Source: an uncultured Clostridia bacterium (GTDB lineage Bacteria > Bacillota > Clostridia > TANB77 > CAG-508). Taken from it: 64,000 nucleotides of DNA. The notes below the pieces were generated by a model that was not told the DNA's origin, searched no databases, and saw only the letters and a program-made list of their open reading frames with translations. Position numbers and translations under genes: made by a program. The first letter of the stretch is position 1; each line of letters opens with the position of its first letter. Shown here piece by piece: positions 11,235-22,191 of the stretch. Location of the stretch: assembly GCA_944386135.1 (NCBI GenBank), contig CALWZW010000001.1, positions 22,811-86,810 on the forward strand, read 5' to 3'.

Positions 11235-12993
11235 ATTTAGAATCAGTCATTTCTAACTCATATTCAAACAGTTTAAAAATCATATATAACTTTCTTGTAC
11301 CACACATAAATAGGCATTCTCCTACTTTTGCATTTAGTAACATTTTTTCCTCTTGCTCTGTTAAGTTAAATGTAGAAACAATATCTTTTAAATCTTTTCC
11401 GTCGCATTTGAAAAATAGCTTATTTGTTGCATTTGAGAGTAGACTCTGACCATACAACTTAATTTTTTCATTTAAAAAATCTTCTATACTTTGTGTTATT
11501 ACACATATTGCTGAATTATGTTTTCTCGCCATTTTACTTATGTATCTTAAATATTCTAGTGTTTGTGGAATATTAGGGTCAATTAAAATATGACACTCAT
11601 CTGCTACAAGCATTGTTCTTTCTTTATCTTTACTTAGGATATCCCAAGCATAAGATAAAATGTTATAATATTGTGCTCTCTTATATTGAATTTGAAATTT
11701 TTGCATTGTAGAAGTATTGAAAACAGCTACTCTTGTAGTTACTTCAATATTTGTATAACCATTCCATATATTAGATGCTTGTCCTATTGCAATTGGTCTT
11801 ATCAATGCTAATAACTTATCATAAATTTCATTTTGATTTTTATCATTTTCCTGTTTAATAAAATAATATAAATCTTCTAAAATTGGGAAATCTGTATTCT
11901 CTAATTTACTTATATCTGTATCTTTAGAAATTCCAAATTTTTTATATAACCTTTCTAAGATTATGTCCAACTTTGATATTTCTATTTCATTGAGTGAAGG
12001 ATAAAGTATTTTAAAAAATGTTTCCAAAAATTGAAAGTGCAGTGATAGTGCACTTTCATCGTCTTCATTATCTCTACTTACTCTAATTTGTAATGGATTC
12101 AAAATCCCTTCCTTTTCTTTTCCATTGCAATTAATTATTTTTCCATTAAGATTCTTACATAAATAGCTATATTCATTTTCTGGATCAATTATAAGAACTT
12201 TTGTTGTTGGTATCTCATTTAATATCATATGTTTTACTGCCATACTCTTTCCACTTCCTGAACTTCCAACAACAAACATATTACTATTGCCTCTCATTTG
12301 GTCTTGTTTCCACAAGTTAAATATAATAATTCCCCCATTTTGATTTACACCCCAGTAATAGCCACCTTCATCTATGAAAGTATCTGTATTAAATAAAAAT
12401 CCTCCTGTAAAGCTAGATGTTAAAATATTTCTTTTAAATTTCTTACTTAAGTCTGTTTGTATCGTAAAAAATGGAGCTATTGCTTTAAATCCGCTCATTT
12501 GTAAATAATTTGTAAGGTTTCTAATCTTTAACTTTTGATGTTGTACTTCACTTTCAACTTCTTTACACTTTATCTTTAATTCTTCCTTTTCTTCAGCAGA
12601 TATGAGAATGTATATTGTTAAGTATGATACTACTTCATTATTTTGTATCATTCTATTTATAATTTCACTTGCCTCGTGTATTTCTTGTTCCCTCATTTGT
12701 CTACTAGATTCATTTTTAGATATTTGTGCTAAACCTGATGCATCTCTTATTCTTGAATCTAATGAGTCTATTAATTCTGCATTGTCTGTTGGCTCAATGT
12801 TTATACTAAATATTGCTCCTGTATTAGCTACCAGATTTCCAAGCCATTTCATTTCTACATTTGATGGATAATGAATTATTGTATATATCTTACAATATCT
12901 ATTTCCCAAATATATTTTATTTCTTTCAAATGTAAGTCCACCAACTGGTGTAATTAAATCTATCAAATTATAATTTGTTTCTTGTTTTTTCAT
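11209..12993 (-). CDS. VirB4/TraE/TrsE-family conjugative transfer ATPase
   Basis: Walker A VVGSSGSGKS, Walker B/DE region LVADECH, ~590 aa. Start placed at MKKQETNYN; the upstream extension in the ORF table would contain an in-frame CGG. Confidence 0.85.
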   Translation of the reverse strand: MKKQETNYNLIDLITPVGGLTFERNKIYLGNRYCKIYTIIHYPSNVEMKWLGNLVANTGAIFSINIEPTDNAELIDSLDSRIRDASGLAQISKNESSRQMREQEIHEASEIINRMIQNNEVVSYLTIYILISAEEKEELKIKCKEVESEVQHQKLKIRNLTNYLQMSGFKAIAPFFTIQTDLSKKFKRNILTSSFTGGFLFNTDTFIDEGGYYWGVNQNGGIIIFNLWKQDQMRGNSNMFVVGSSGSGKSMAVKHMILNEIPTTKVLIIDPENEYSYLCKNLNGKIINCNGKEKEGILNPLQIRVSRDNEDDESALSLHFQFLETFFKILYPSLNEIEISKLDIILERLYKKFGISKDTDISKLENTDFPILEDLYYFIKQENDKNQNEIYDKLLALIRPIAIGQASNIWNGYTNIEVTTRVAVFNTSTMQKFQIQYKRAQYYNILSYAWDILSKDKERTMLVADECHILIDPNIPQTLEYLRYISKMARKHNSAICVITQSIEDFLNEKIKLYGQSLLSNATNKLFFKCDGKDLKDIVSTFNLTEQEEKMLLNAKVGECLFMCGTRKLYMIFKLFEYELEMTDSKFVKDSKYD

Positions 12994-13693
12994 CCGCACT
13001 CGCCTGCCTTTTAGAATTAATCGCCTCATTAATTCTTGTTTGTGCTATTTCATAATACTCTTTGTTAATTTCAAATCCGATAAAGTTTCTATTTTGATTT
13101 ATTGCCCCTACAAGTGTTGTACCGCTTCCTGCAAAACAATCTAATATTAAATCCCCCTCATTACTTGAATTAATAATGTGATTCTCTATAAATGCTAATG
13201 GTTTTATTGTTGGGTGTTTATATTTCTTTTTGTCTGTTTGGTTAGTTCCTGAGATATAATATTTCCTTTTAGTATGGTAATTCCCATTTAGTCTAACACC
13301 TTTTTCTCTTGCAAATACAACATATTCCGTATCAGGTAAATAATTGTTATTTATAAGTGGACTTGGATTCATCTTATGCCAAGTAAGTATTTCATAATTG
13401 CAATCTTTACTCATAAAATACTCTAATAACTCCTTAACTTGCCTTTTTGAGCAATAAATATATATATTTATTTTTTTCATTTTTGGTATTAATACGTCTA
13501 ATATTCTTAAGTCAAATCCATCTTTTAAATTCAACAAATCATTTGCATATTTATTAAATATTTTTGTATATATTCTATTCGATAAAGTTAATTTATATGG
13601 AGGGTCTATAATAACTAAGTCTATACTTTTATCTTCTAATAATTTTATTCCTTCCATACAATCCATGTTATATATTTTGTTTATTTCTAGCAT
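12968..13693 (-). CDS. orphan DNA methyltransferase (beta-class N6A/N4C type)
   Basis: DPPY catalytic motif precedes SAM-binding CFAGSGTT motif; no adjacent restriction endonuclease. Confidence 0.8.
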   Translation of the reverse strand: MLEINKIYNMDCMEGIKLLEDKSIDLVIIDPPYKLTLSNRIYTKIFNKYANDLLNLKDGFDLRILDVLIPKMKKINIYIYCSKRQVKELLEYFMSKDCNYEILTWHKMNPSPLINNNYLPDTEYVVFAREKGVRLNGNYHTKRKYYISGTNQTDKKKYKHPTIKPLAFIENHIINSSNEGDLILDCFAGSGTTLVGAINQNRNFIGFEINKEYYEIAQTRINEAINSKRQASADEKTRNKL

Positions 13694-14318
13694 TTTTTCT
13701 CCTTATTCTTACGATGCTGTCATCGTAATCTACACTCTCCTCTCTTGCAAACTCTGGTATTGTAAAGCTTTTTACTAAAAGAATAATTTGTGTTTTTTCT
13801 AGTATCTCTGTCTCAAATCCGCAATCTTTAAATCTTTTTCTCCAGTTGTTTGCTCTTTTTAAGATTTTTTCTTTTACATTGTCTGAATCTTCTTCCCAAA
13901 TATATAAATAGAATTCATTTTCTATAATATTTTTATCTGCGACCATTTCATGTGTTGCAATTATCCTCTTTTCTACTATCTTTATACTTATCTCGTTTTG
14001 AATTCTTTTCTTTAACTCTTCCTGTTCTCTTACATAGTCAGAAATATCTACTGTTCTTGGAATAACAAAAATAGAATATGGATATTGCTCATTGCTGAAT
14101 TCTACACTCATATTATCCATTTTATTTTCTAATTCTTCCTCCGAAAATAATTCTGTATTGGTTGGATATACTTTTATAAAAATAATAACTTGATTGTCTA
14201 GTGTATATAGGAAGTTTTCATCAATGTTTTTTATGTTTAAAAATTCATTTAACGATTTATTTTTCTTCTTTATGATAATTCCCTCTTTCATACTTATACC
14301 CCTTCTGCATAAGTTCAT
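13668..14318 (-). CDS. hypothetical protein in T4SS operon
   Basis: ORF, operon context. Confidence 0.4.
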   Translation of the reverse strand: MNLCRRGISMKEGIIIKKKNKSLNEFLNIKNIDENFLYTLDNQVIIFIKVYPTNTELFSEEELENKMDNMSVEFSNEQYPYSIFVIPRTVDISDYVREQEELKKRIQNEISIKIVEKRIIATHEMVADKNIIENEFYLYIWEEDSDNVKEKILKRANNWRKRFKDCGFETEILEKTQIILLVKSFTIPEFAREESVDYDDSIVRIRRKNARNKQNI

Positions 14319-14577
14319 ATTTTACAATATTTTTTATATTATCTAACATTGAAAATCCACTTCTATTTTTAGTTAAAAATACAACTGTCAAAACTGTACT
14401 TCCAATAACAATAAATGTTGCTATTATAGTTGTTTGAGCTATCTTATATACAATATAAGCAATTACAGCTGAGATGGCTAAAACAATAATTGTTTTTATT
14501 AATTCTTCCATACCATAACCTTCAAAAAATTCTGTTTGTAACCTTATTTGTGATGGGATTTTTACAGTTTTTTTCAT
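14257..14577 (-). CDS. small two-TM membrane protein (VirB3-like position before VirB4)
   Basis: 106 aa, hydrophobic core, operon position. Confidence 0.4.
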   Translation of the reverse strand: MKKTVKIPSQIRLQTEFFEGYGMEELIKTIIVLAISAVIAYIVYKIAQTTIIATFIVIGSTVLTVVFLTKNRSGFSMLDNIKNIVKYELMQKGYKYERGNYHKEEK

Positions 14578-15106
14578 CTACCGCCACCTCCACTAGAACC
14601 TCCGACCATTACCGACCGTTATTAGTAAATGTTCCTCCATTTCCTTTATATAAAACATATTCAGAATATGTAAAAGAAGCTGGAAATATAAATCCATCTT
14701 CATCTCTATAATATTCAATATCGGCATAATATCCTTTCCAAAATCCTTGACATTCATTAAATGGTCTTAAATAGCTTACATTTTCAATAACCTTATCTGC
14801 AGAATACAATCCAAAAGCTTCGTGTAAAGATTCATTTTCACTAAGTGCTGCTATTTTCTTTCCTGTATCTGTTACAACATACCTTTTACCGTCAATATTA
14901 ACTGTTTCTCTTCCTTGACAATCTTTATCTTCTATTTTTGCAAATGTTACATCTGCTGTTCCTTCATCTGCTACACCAACAGCATCTCCAAAAAAATCTT
15001 TAGGTATTTGCAATAAACTTAAAGATAAAGTAATTAAAATACTAGCTATAATTGTATTTTTTATTAACTTTATGTATTTTGCTTTATTATCTGGTTCTAT
15101 ACTCAT
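14574..15106 (-). CDS. membrane-anchored hypothetical protein with Gly-rich C-terminal tail; two CGG +1 sites
   Basis: Skipping the C of in-frame CGG at 14612-14 and 14602-04 gives ...NNGGNGGGSSGGGGR-stop. Confidence 0.4.
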
Positions 15107-15196
15107 TTTAATTAACAGAATAATTAATGTAATACCCCCAATTGTAATTCCAACATTTCTTAATATTCCTATTATTTCTTGTAAAGTTTCGATATC

Positions 15197-16035
15197 CTAT
15201 CTCCTCCTTCGTGGCAATATTGATCGTAAATTTCTTGCCATGTTTCCTGCTGAATTTAAAACGCTTCCACTTGGTCTTACTAAATATTTTGATAATATCA
15301 CTGGTGTATTTACTGCTGTAATTGCTATTGCTATCGCATAAATTAAATGCCCATTCACTACTACCAATATTGATAAATTAACAAGTGCTAGTTGAACAAT
15401 TAAAGTAAATGCTGTCATTAGAAATCCTCTAATATATTCTGGAAATACTCCTTCGTCTGAATTCAAAAGACCGTATTGATGCAAACGGTATTCCCATTCT
15501 CATAAGTAACATTTCTATACCGTTTCATTATAAATTGGCATATTAATATCAACCATGTTATTAGTAACACCAAACAAGCAATTGCAGTAAATATTCCTCC
15601 TGCAATATTTCCACTTAATGCTTCTGAAAGACTTACTGCTTGAACAGGCATGGCATTTAATATACTATCTAAGAAATTACTTACAATTCCAACAAATAAA
15701 TCATAGATTTCCTTACAGCAAATCATTACAATAACTGCTTTCAGCATACCTATAATTAAATGAATCGGACTGCTTTCTGCATCACCATCGCTTTGTAAAA
15801 AATATATTTTTACTAATTTTGATATAAATACAATTACTAAGATAAAACAGGCATAACTAAATACAACTTGATATATTCCATTGAAATCTATTTTTGTTCC
15901 ACCTTGCACTTGAATTGCATTTAATTCTCTTTCTATAAAAAACACTAAATTCACCATACTTTTAAATAGTGAATTTAGTGTTGATTCCGAGCCATCAATA
16001 AACTTTTGTATCAATTCTACAAGCATATCTGCCAT
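15197..16035 (-). CDS. VirB6/TrbL-like polytopic membrane protein; two CGG +1 sites
   Basis: Multiple TM segments; fragments 15463..16035 and 15197..15484 join via CGG at 15519-21 and 15471-73. Confidence 0.5.
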
Positions 16036-16068
16036 TTAGCATCACCTACTTTTTACTTTATTATTTTT

Positions 16069-16419
16069 TTATCTGTAGAATCCTAAAATAACATCAACTA
16101 ATGCTAGTCCACAAGTAATCAATATCATAGCAATTAGTGTAGTTTTTATATTTTGCATATTTCTTCTTCTTTCTCCTTCATCATTGGTTTTCAAACAATA
16201 AACATAATAAATGAAATATCCTCCACATATTGTGATTCCTATACCTGTAAGCCATGAAATTATTGCATTAACTAAGTTTTCTGTTCCTATTACTAATTTT
16301 GTGCTTTCAAGACTTCCTGCTAATACTACTTGTTTAATTGAAAATATAATTATAATTGTAATTATTATTCCTAAAGCTATTTTTAATATTTTATTGTTCT
16401 GTATCTTTCTTATTTTCAT
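16069..16419 (-). CDS. small membrane protein (possible VirB2/TrbC-like pilin)
   Basis: 116 aa, two TM segments. Confidence 0.3.
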   Translation of the reverse strand: MKIRKIQNNKILKIALGIIITIIIIFSIKQVVLAGSLESTKLVIGTENLVNAIISWLTGIGITICGGYFIYYVYCLKTNDEGERRRNMQNIKTTLIAMILITCGLALVDVILGFYR

Positions 16420-18258
16420 CTTTGTCCTTCCTTTTCATAACTCTCCAGTTATTTCTTATTTGCTCTATATTATACAAATCTTTATTTTCTTCTGAATAAT
16501 TATTCCAAATATCCCATATCTTTATTTTTGATATTTTCCTTATAGGTCTTTCATTTTCTCTTTGTATTCTTAATAATCTATTTTCTTCTTTTGTCCCCAT
16601 TCCGTTTAATTTATTAAAATGCATTTGACTAATGTCTGGTACATATAATATTGCCGAACATTCACCTGCTATCATGACCAATATTACTGGACTTTCTATT
16701 CTTAATACTTCGTCAGGTGTTAACATTTTACGAGAAATTAAACTCATGCTACTGCTACTATTATCATATTTAATGTTTGTGTTACTACTTTCCCCATAAC
16801 TTTGCGTAGAATATGTTCCCAATTTATCTGATATTTTTGTCGCCGTTTCTATACTATTTGACTTCAAATACATTAACATTCCGTTGTCCAATATATTTTG
16901 TGCTCCTTCTTTACCGATATTTTTCCTCTAATTGTGCGAAACTTTGGATTGCTATTATAAAACGACAATTACGACCTCTTGAAACTGTCAACATTGATTG
17001 AAATGTATCAATCTTTGTAAAATTTGCAAACTCATCAAGTATAAAATTCATCCTTATTGAAAGTTCTCCTCCTGATGACCTACTTGTATCAACAATTGCA
17101 GTATATAACTGCTGTACCAATAAACTTCCGTAATTTATGATATGTTAATTTATCATCACTTAATAGAATATATATAACTGTTTTCTTCGTAGCAAAATCC
17201 CTTAAATCAAAATCTGATTTCTGTATGGTATCTGCAACATATTCATTGATAAACATTTGCAACGTAGATAATGCTGCAGCAACAAAACTTCCTCTTGTTT
17301 TACTTGGTGCTGTTCCTGCAACTGCAAAGAATTTTTTTATTGGATCATCAGCATCTTTTCCTCTCATATACTTATCTATAAACATTTCTCCATCTTCATC
17401 TGTTTTAAACATTTCTGCTACGAAATAATATGCATTTGTTAATGTTTGATATTCTCTTTTGCCATTGTTGTCTAACACAACTGCCATAATTGCTGTTTTT
17501 ATAACACTCATCTCACCATTTACCCAAATTGGCTCTGTTTTATCATTCTTTTCAACAAGAATGTTTACAATATCATTTACAAGCGATTCTGCTAGTGGAA
17601 TATTGTCATCCTCAACTGCATTTATAACTAAATCTAGAAAGTTGTAATGGTTACTTTTCAAAAAGTTAATAAAATCTAATGCAATTACATTGTATCCTAG
17701 TTCTCTTAATTTAGGTACAGTATATAAAAACAATTCTCCTTTAACATCAGAAATTAACATATTCTCTGATGCTAGTCCAAGCATTGTTATTGTTGGAATC
17801 AAAATTGACCTTGATTTACCTGAGCCACTACTTCCTATTAGAATTGTGTGCAGATTATCATCAATATAATAAATTTTTTCTAAATTGCCATTTCTCTCAA
17901 AGTTAGTTATTACACCACCTGACTGAAAGCAACTTTCTTTATAATCTTTATTTCTATCAATAATATTGTATTTAAAAACTCTGTCATAATCCTTTTTCTG
18001 CAACCACCATGCTGTACCATATTGTCCATCTCCTGCAGGTGCAGGCACTTCTATTTTATCTGTTAATTTTACTTTCTCACTATGGTATATATTTTTTCTT
18101 TTATTAGAAAATAGCAATAAAAAAGATACTATAATCAGTTCAATTATAATGAACATTGCTAGTATCATCGGATTTGTTACTAATGTATTTATTATTCCTT
18201 TAAAATTTATTTTCAATATATCATCGAGATTATTACTTAATATAAAATATAAACTCAC
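16391..18258 (-). CDS. type IV coupling protein (VirD4/TraG family); two CGG +1 sites
   Basis: N-terminal TM; Walker A LIGSSGSGKS; C-terminal RSSGGELSIRMNFILDEFANF...TVSRGRNCRFIIAIQSFAQL. Three ORF fragments join at CGG 17128-30 and 16915-17. Confidence 0.8.
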
Positions 18259-18387
18259 TGAAAAATATGCATTTACCCATATGCTGAATAATATTGCAAT
18301 TACTAATAAAATTCTTCTGCTTATTTTCTACTCCTATATTTCAATTCTATAATTGAATTTCTATTATATTATTAAACTTAAAATTTA

Positions 18388-18867
18388 TTACATTTCTTCC
18401 TCATCCTCCATTCCTTGTTTTTGAACCTCTTTTTCTCTTTGTTTTATAGTTGTCTTTTCTAATTCTTTTTTTAATAATTCATAAGCTTTAGTTTCATTTC
18501 CATATATATTTTTATAGTAATCATACTTCATATATACAAACTCTAAATCTCTAAATAACTTATTATAAACATCTCCTTTCTCTTTTTTATCGTAACAAAA
18601 TATTGTCAATCCATTTGCATCAGGTAATAATTCGGCTACTTTTTCCGCTTCTTGTATTGAATATCCTTTTATTAAAAACTGACCTACTGGAAATATATTT
18701 TGTTTTATAAACAGTGATTTATTCTTATATAACTTATTGTATAGGTATTTCAAATTATCATATGTTAATTTTTCTTCTTTTACCATTTCTGTTAGATAAC
18801 TATTTAAATTTCTAAAATAGTCATTATCTTTCATTTGGCTCAATAATAGTTTTGTTTTTAAATCCAC
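18388..18867 (-). CDS. hypothetical protein
   Basis: ORF; acidic C-terminus. Confidence 0.35.
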   Translation of the reverse strand: MDLKTKLLLSQMKDNDYFRNLNSYLTEMVKEEKLTYDNLKYLYNKLYKNKSLFIKQNIFPVGQFLIKGYSIQEAEKVAELLPDANGLTIFCYDKKEKGDVYNKLFRDLEFVYMKYDYYKNIYGNETKAYELLKKELEKTTIKQREKEVQKQGMEDEEEM

Positions 18868-18875
18868 TTGCTCTC

Positions 18876-20108
18876 CTATATTTCATCTTCCCATTTAAAA
18901 GATGATGCATTTCTTTTAGAAATGGCTAATTCTTTTTTAGCTTGTTTTGACAATTGTTTTTTATATTCAATATCAAAATTTCTATTCTTTTTTTCTTGAT
19001 TTTGTGCCTGATAATATAATATAGTTAGTATTTTATCTAATAAATTTATACATTCATTATTATATTTAACATATATAGTATTACTTGTATTTAGCCATTT
19101 TCTTTCCAAATCTAAGACTTGATTTCCAATTAGCTTAATTATTTCTTCATTTGTTTCTTTTCTTATCCTTTCTTTTTCATTTTTTAATTTTTCTTCATCA
19201 GAATATCGATATTCTATTAGTTTTTGTTTTGCTTTTATATATTTTTCAATTTCTATCTGGCACTGTAATGACGAATTTATTATTTTAATTGAAATATTAT
19301 CAACTTTTTTTATTAATTCAGGATATTTTTTCAAATATTGATATTTTATACTTCCTGATGTCTTATGTAATTCATTTTTTAAATCAATAAGTAGATCAGT
19401 AATTTCTTTTACATCTTTATCTTTTAATAACGCTCTTATTCTTCTTGTTTGATAAAAATTTTTTTCATATTTCATCAGCTCTTTTAAATCTTTTTCATCT
19501 GATATTAGTTTCTTTAATTCGTTGAGTATATAATTTTCTGATATTATTTTTTTCTTTGCTAAATCTTTTTCTTTATATATTGTAAGTAAATCTTCTCTAA
19601 ATACGTCATTTGTAAATTCATTTTTTAATTTATTTATTTCTTTATATTTCACAAAGTAATTAATTTTCTGACTTTTACTCCATAAAAAAAATTGAAAATG
19701 CGGATGTCCTTCTTCAATATGTACTGCTCCTAGATATTGCAAATCTTCTAACTTTATGTTCATTTTTTTTGCAATGCTTGGCAACCTATTTTCTAAAAGA
19801 TTTTTCCATTTTTCTTGCTCATAATATCCTAATCTTTCTGCATCATATTCTCTTAAAGAAATATATCCTCTATATATAGGGACTTTATTTTTTGCTAGCT
19901 CGTCAATATAATTAATAATTTTTTGCAAATTTTCTTCATCTTGGATATTCGGAAATTCTTTTACTCTTCCAAATAATCCATGAGATGTATTACTATTTCT
20001 CAAAACATATTTACTGTTTGCAATATAATTTGTATAATTTCTATGTGCAAAATATGTTGTTCGTTTGTTTGGATTATATGACTTAAAAATAAATATAAGG
20101 TTACTCAT
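18876..20108 (-). CDS. relaxase/mobilisation protein (MOB_V/MOB_P-like His motif)
   Basis: AVHIEEGHPHFQ resembles MobM-type HxDE..PHxH; sits between RHH protein and coupling protein. Confidence 0.55.
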   Translation of the reverse strand: MSNLIFIFKSYNPNKRTTYFAHRNYTNYIANSKYVLRNSNTSHGLFGRVKEFPNIQDEENLQKIINYIDELAKNKVPIYRGYISLREYDAERLGYYEQEKWKNLLENRLPSIAKKMNIKLEDLQYLGAVHIEEGHPHFQFFLWSKSQKINYFVKYKEINKLKNEFTNDVFREDLLTIYKEKDLAKKKIISENYILNELKKLISDEKDLKELMKYEKNFYQTRRIRALLKDKDVKEITDLLIDLKNELHKTSGSIKYQYLKKYPELIKKVDNISIKIINSSLQCQIEIEKYIKAKQKLIEYRYSDEEKLKNEKERIRKETNEEIIKLIGNQVLDLERKWLNTSNTIYVKYNNECINLLDKILTILYYQAQNQEKKNRNFDIEYKKQLSKQAKKELAISKRNASSFKWEDEI

Positions 20109-20562
20109 TTCTATAAATACCTCCTATATTATAAAAGTCTATAAGTTCTTCTTTTGATATATCTTCAATCTTTCTACTAACAAAATAATTTGCTTTTTCT
20201 CTTGCGCTTTTCAATATTTCTAAATACTCTTTATGAAGTTCATCTCCCATAATTCTTCTCATAACTTCGCCCATAACGTAGGTGTTCAATGCACTTATTC
20301 TAACATTATTTGCATATAATTTTCTTTGTGATTTTATAAATCCATCTATTTTATAGTCAATGCATTTGCTTATTTCTTGTAAAATAACTTCTAAATTATC
20401 TTTATACATTTGTAAGTTTAATTCTTTATCAATCCCTGCTCTTATGAAATCTGATACCGTATTGTATGAAGTTTTTTCTACTACTTTTTGAATCATTTCT
20501 TTTTTGCTTTTCGGAACTTTTACAAATACTCTAACAAGTTCTTCTTTGTTTTTATTACTCAA
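20101..20562 (-). CDS. putative ribbon-helix-helix relaxosome accessory protein
   Basis: 153 aa, directly upstream of relaxase, overlapping stop/start. Confidence 0.35.
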   Translation of the reverse strand: MSNKNKEELVRVFVKVPKSKKEMIQKVVEKTSYNTVSDFIRAGIDKELNLQMYKDNLEVILQEISKCIDYKIDGFIKSQRKLYANNVRISALNTYVMGEVMRRIMGDELHKEYLEILKSAREKANYFVSRKIEDISKEELIDFYNIGGIYRNE

Positions 20563-20584
20563 GTTTTCCTCCTGTTCTTTCCTA

Positions 20585-20700
20585 TATTATAGTTCAAAAT
20601 TGCCTTAAAGCAATTTTGCAGGAACATGGAGTCGCTCCGACTCCCATAAACTGCCTAAAAGCGTGGCTTTTAGCAAGATACTCTTTTTTTATATGGTCGA
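20585..20700. other. candidate oriT or structured RNA (GC-rich island with hairpins upstream of RHH+relaxase)
   Basis: ggagtcg-ctc-cgactcc perfect hairpin (20629-20645) and aaagc-gtg-gcttt, in an otherwise AT-rich intergenic region. Confidence 0.35.
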
Positions 20701-20717
20701 CTTTTGTTATCTATTTT

Positions 20718-21290
20718 TTACTCGAATTCATCCTCTTCATACTTTATCTCTTCTTTTTCCTCTATAACCTCTACATAGTTTTTTATAATATTAAAAGCTT
20801 CATCATAATCGTATGATAGTGTTGCTTTTTCTATCATTTGTATTGCTTCTTTATTCATATTATTTTGTTTTAAAATTTTTGATACTTCTCCGATTATTTC
20901 AAACATAATTGGCGTATCTATTTTACATTGTGGTTTTTTTATTTTATTATTTTCTATGTTTTTTAGATCTATGGTATTTTCTTTTCTCATTTCGTCAACT
21001 ATTTCTATATATTTCATAGCAATAGGTTTAAATGCTACATATTGAAAATCATCTCTCATTTTATACATCATCATATGTATTATTTCACTTAATTCGTCTG
21101 CTGTTAAACTTTTTGTTTCAACTTCTTCTAATTTTTTTCTACTTTCTTTGCTTCCAAAATATAAATTTAATGGAGAGTCGTCCACATAGCCTAACTGCAA
21201 CATAACATTTGCTAAAGCTTCTCTATATTCTGTGTCTAAATTTGCATCATATAATGACTTTCTTATATCTTCTATTGTTATTTTTTTCAT
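20718..21290 (-). CDS. hypothetical protein with C-terminal EEDEFE tail
   Basis: Ends ...IKYEEDEFE; shares SYxxxEAxNIIxxYVEV motif with the 75-aa neighbour. Confidence 0.45.
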   Translation of the reverse strand: MKKITIEDIRKSLYDANLDTEYREALANVMLQLGYVDDSPLNLYFGSKESRKKLEEVETKSLTADELSEIIHMMMYKMRDDFQYVAFKPIAMKYIEIVDEMRKENTIDLKNIENNKIKKPQCKIDTPIMFEIIGEVSKILKQNNMNKEAIQMIEKATLSYDYDEAFNIIKNYVEVIEEKEEIKYEEDEFE

Positions 21291-21304
21291 TCCATTATCA
21301 ACTC

Positions 21305-21532
21305 CTATCCATACTCTTCATTTTCTTCTAAACCTTTTTCATCTGTGATTTCAACATATTCTCCTATAATATTTAATGCTTCTTCATAACTTTTTGATTC
21401 TTCTATTCTAATGACCATTTCCTTTGCTTCTTCTCTCATACCATTATTTCTTAAAGTTCTTGATGCAATTCCCATAAGATTGAATATGTTTCCATCTTTT
21501 CCAATCAAAGCGCATTTTGGCTTATCCTTCAT
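21305..21532 (-). CDS. small acidic protein, paralogous to C-terminal domain of 20718..21290
   Basis: SYEEALNIIGEYVEI motif; ends LEENEEYG. Confidence 0.4.
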   Translation of the reverse strand: MKDKPKCALIGKDGNIFNLMGIASRTLRNNGMREEAKEMVIRIEESKSYEEALNIIGEYVEITDEKGLEENEEYG

Positions 21533-22149
21533 TCAAACTCCTCCTCTTCTTCTAAATCTTTTTCTTGCATCAAATATCCTTGCTCTGTTTTTATTATTCC
21601 TTTATCTATTGAATATTCTTCTCCTAATCTATCTAAGTCAGAGTAATCCATTAAATCTTCAATATCTATCTCGCCATTATATACTAATTTTCTTCCTAAT
21701 TCTTCATTATCATTTGCTTCAATTAATTCAAAACAATTAATATTACTGGCATATTTAATTGCATCATTTATATTAACAATTTCTTTTTGTTTTGCTTCTA
21801 ATATAGCTAATAATTTTTCTCTATCTTCTATTTTAACTTCTTTTATGACTTTATAAAATTTTTTCATATACTCAAATGGTGTTGTATATCCATACTCATT
21901 AGCTCTGGCAATTAATCTATTTATTTTATCTGTTATATTAGCTGAAAAGCTGGGATCATCTTTACAAATAATTTCACACTCTTTTATGTGCGTATCTTGT
22001 ATATTTAAGTTCTTATAATCTAGTCCTAAATAATCAAAAGCTTTTTCTAATTCTTGTGATTCATTTGGTATTAAAATTTTTATTTCCCTGTAATACTCTG
22101 ACTCTTGATATTGGTATTTATTTACTATATCTAATCTTACATAAAACAT
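21529..22149 (-). CDS. acidic hypothetical protein with EEEEEFE tail (possible anti-restriction/establishment protein)
   Basis: Ends ...DLEEEEEFE; very acidic. Confidence 0.4.
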   Translation of the reverse strand: MFYVRLDIVNKYQYQESEYYREIKILIPNESQELEKAFDYLGLDYKNLNIQDTHIKECEIICKDDPSFSANITDKINRLIARANEYGYTTPFEYMKKFYKVIKEVKIEDREKLLAILEAKQKEIVNINDAIKYASNINCFELIEANDNEELGRKLVYNGEIDIEDLMDYSDLDRLGEEYSIDKGIIKTEQGYLMQEKDLEEEEEFE

Positions 22150-22191
22150 TATGCCTCCTTATAATAGAATTTTTTTAGTTGAATATTTGGT

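Noticed and set aside
11209-13029. VirB4 start at 13029 (MRRLILKGRRVRM...)
   Set aside because: It would include an in-frame CGG (Arg) not used elsewhere as a sense codon, and it overlaps the methyltransferase by 62 nt. The start at MKKQETNYN (12993) is preferred.
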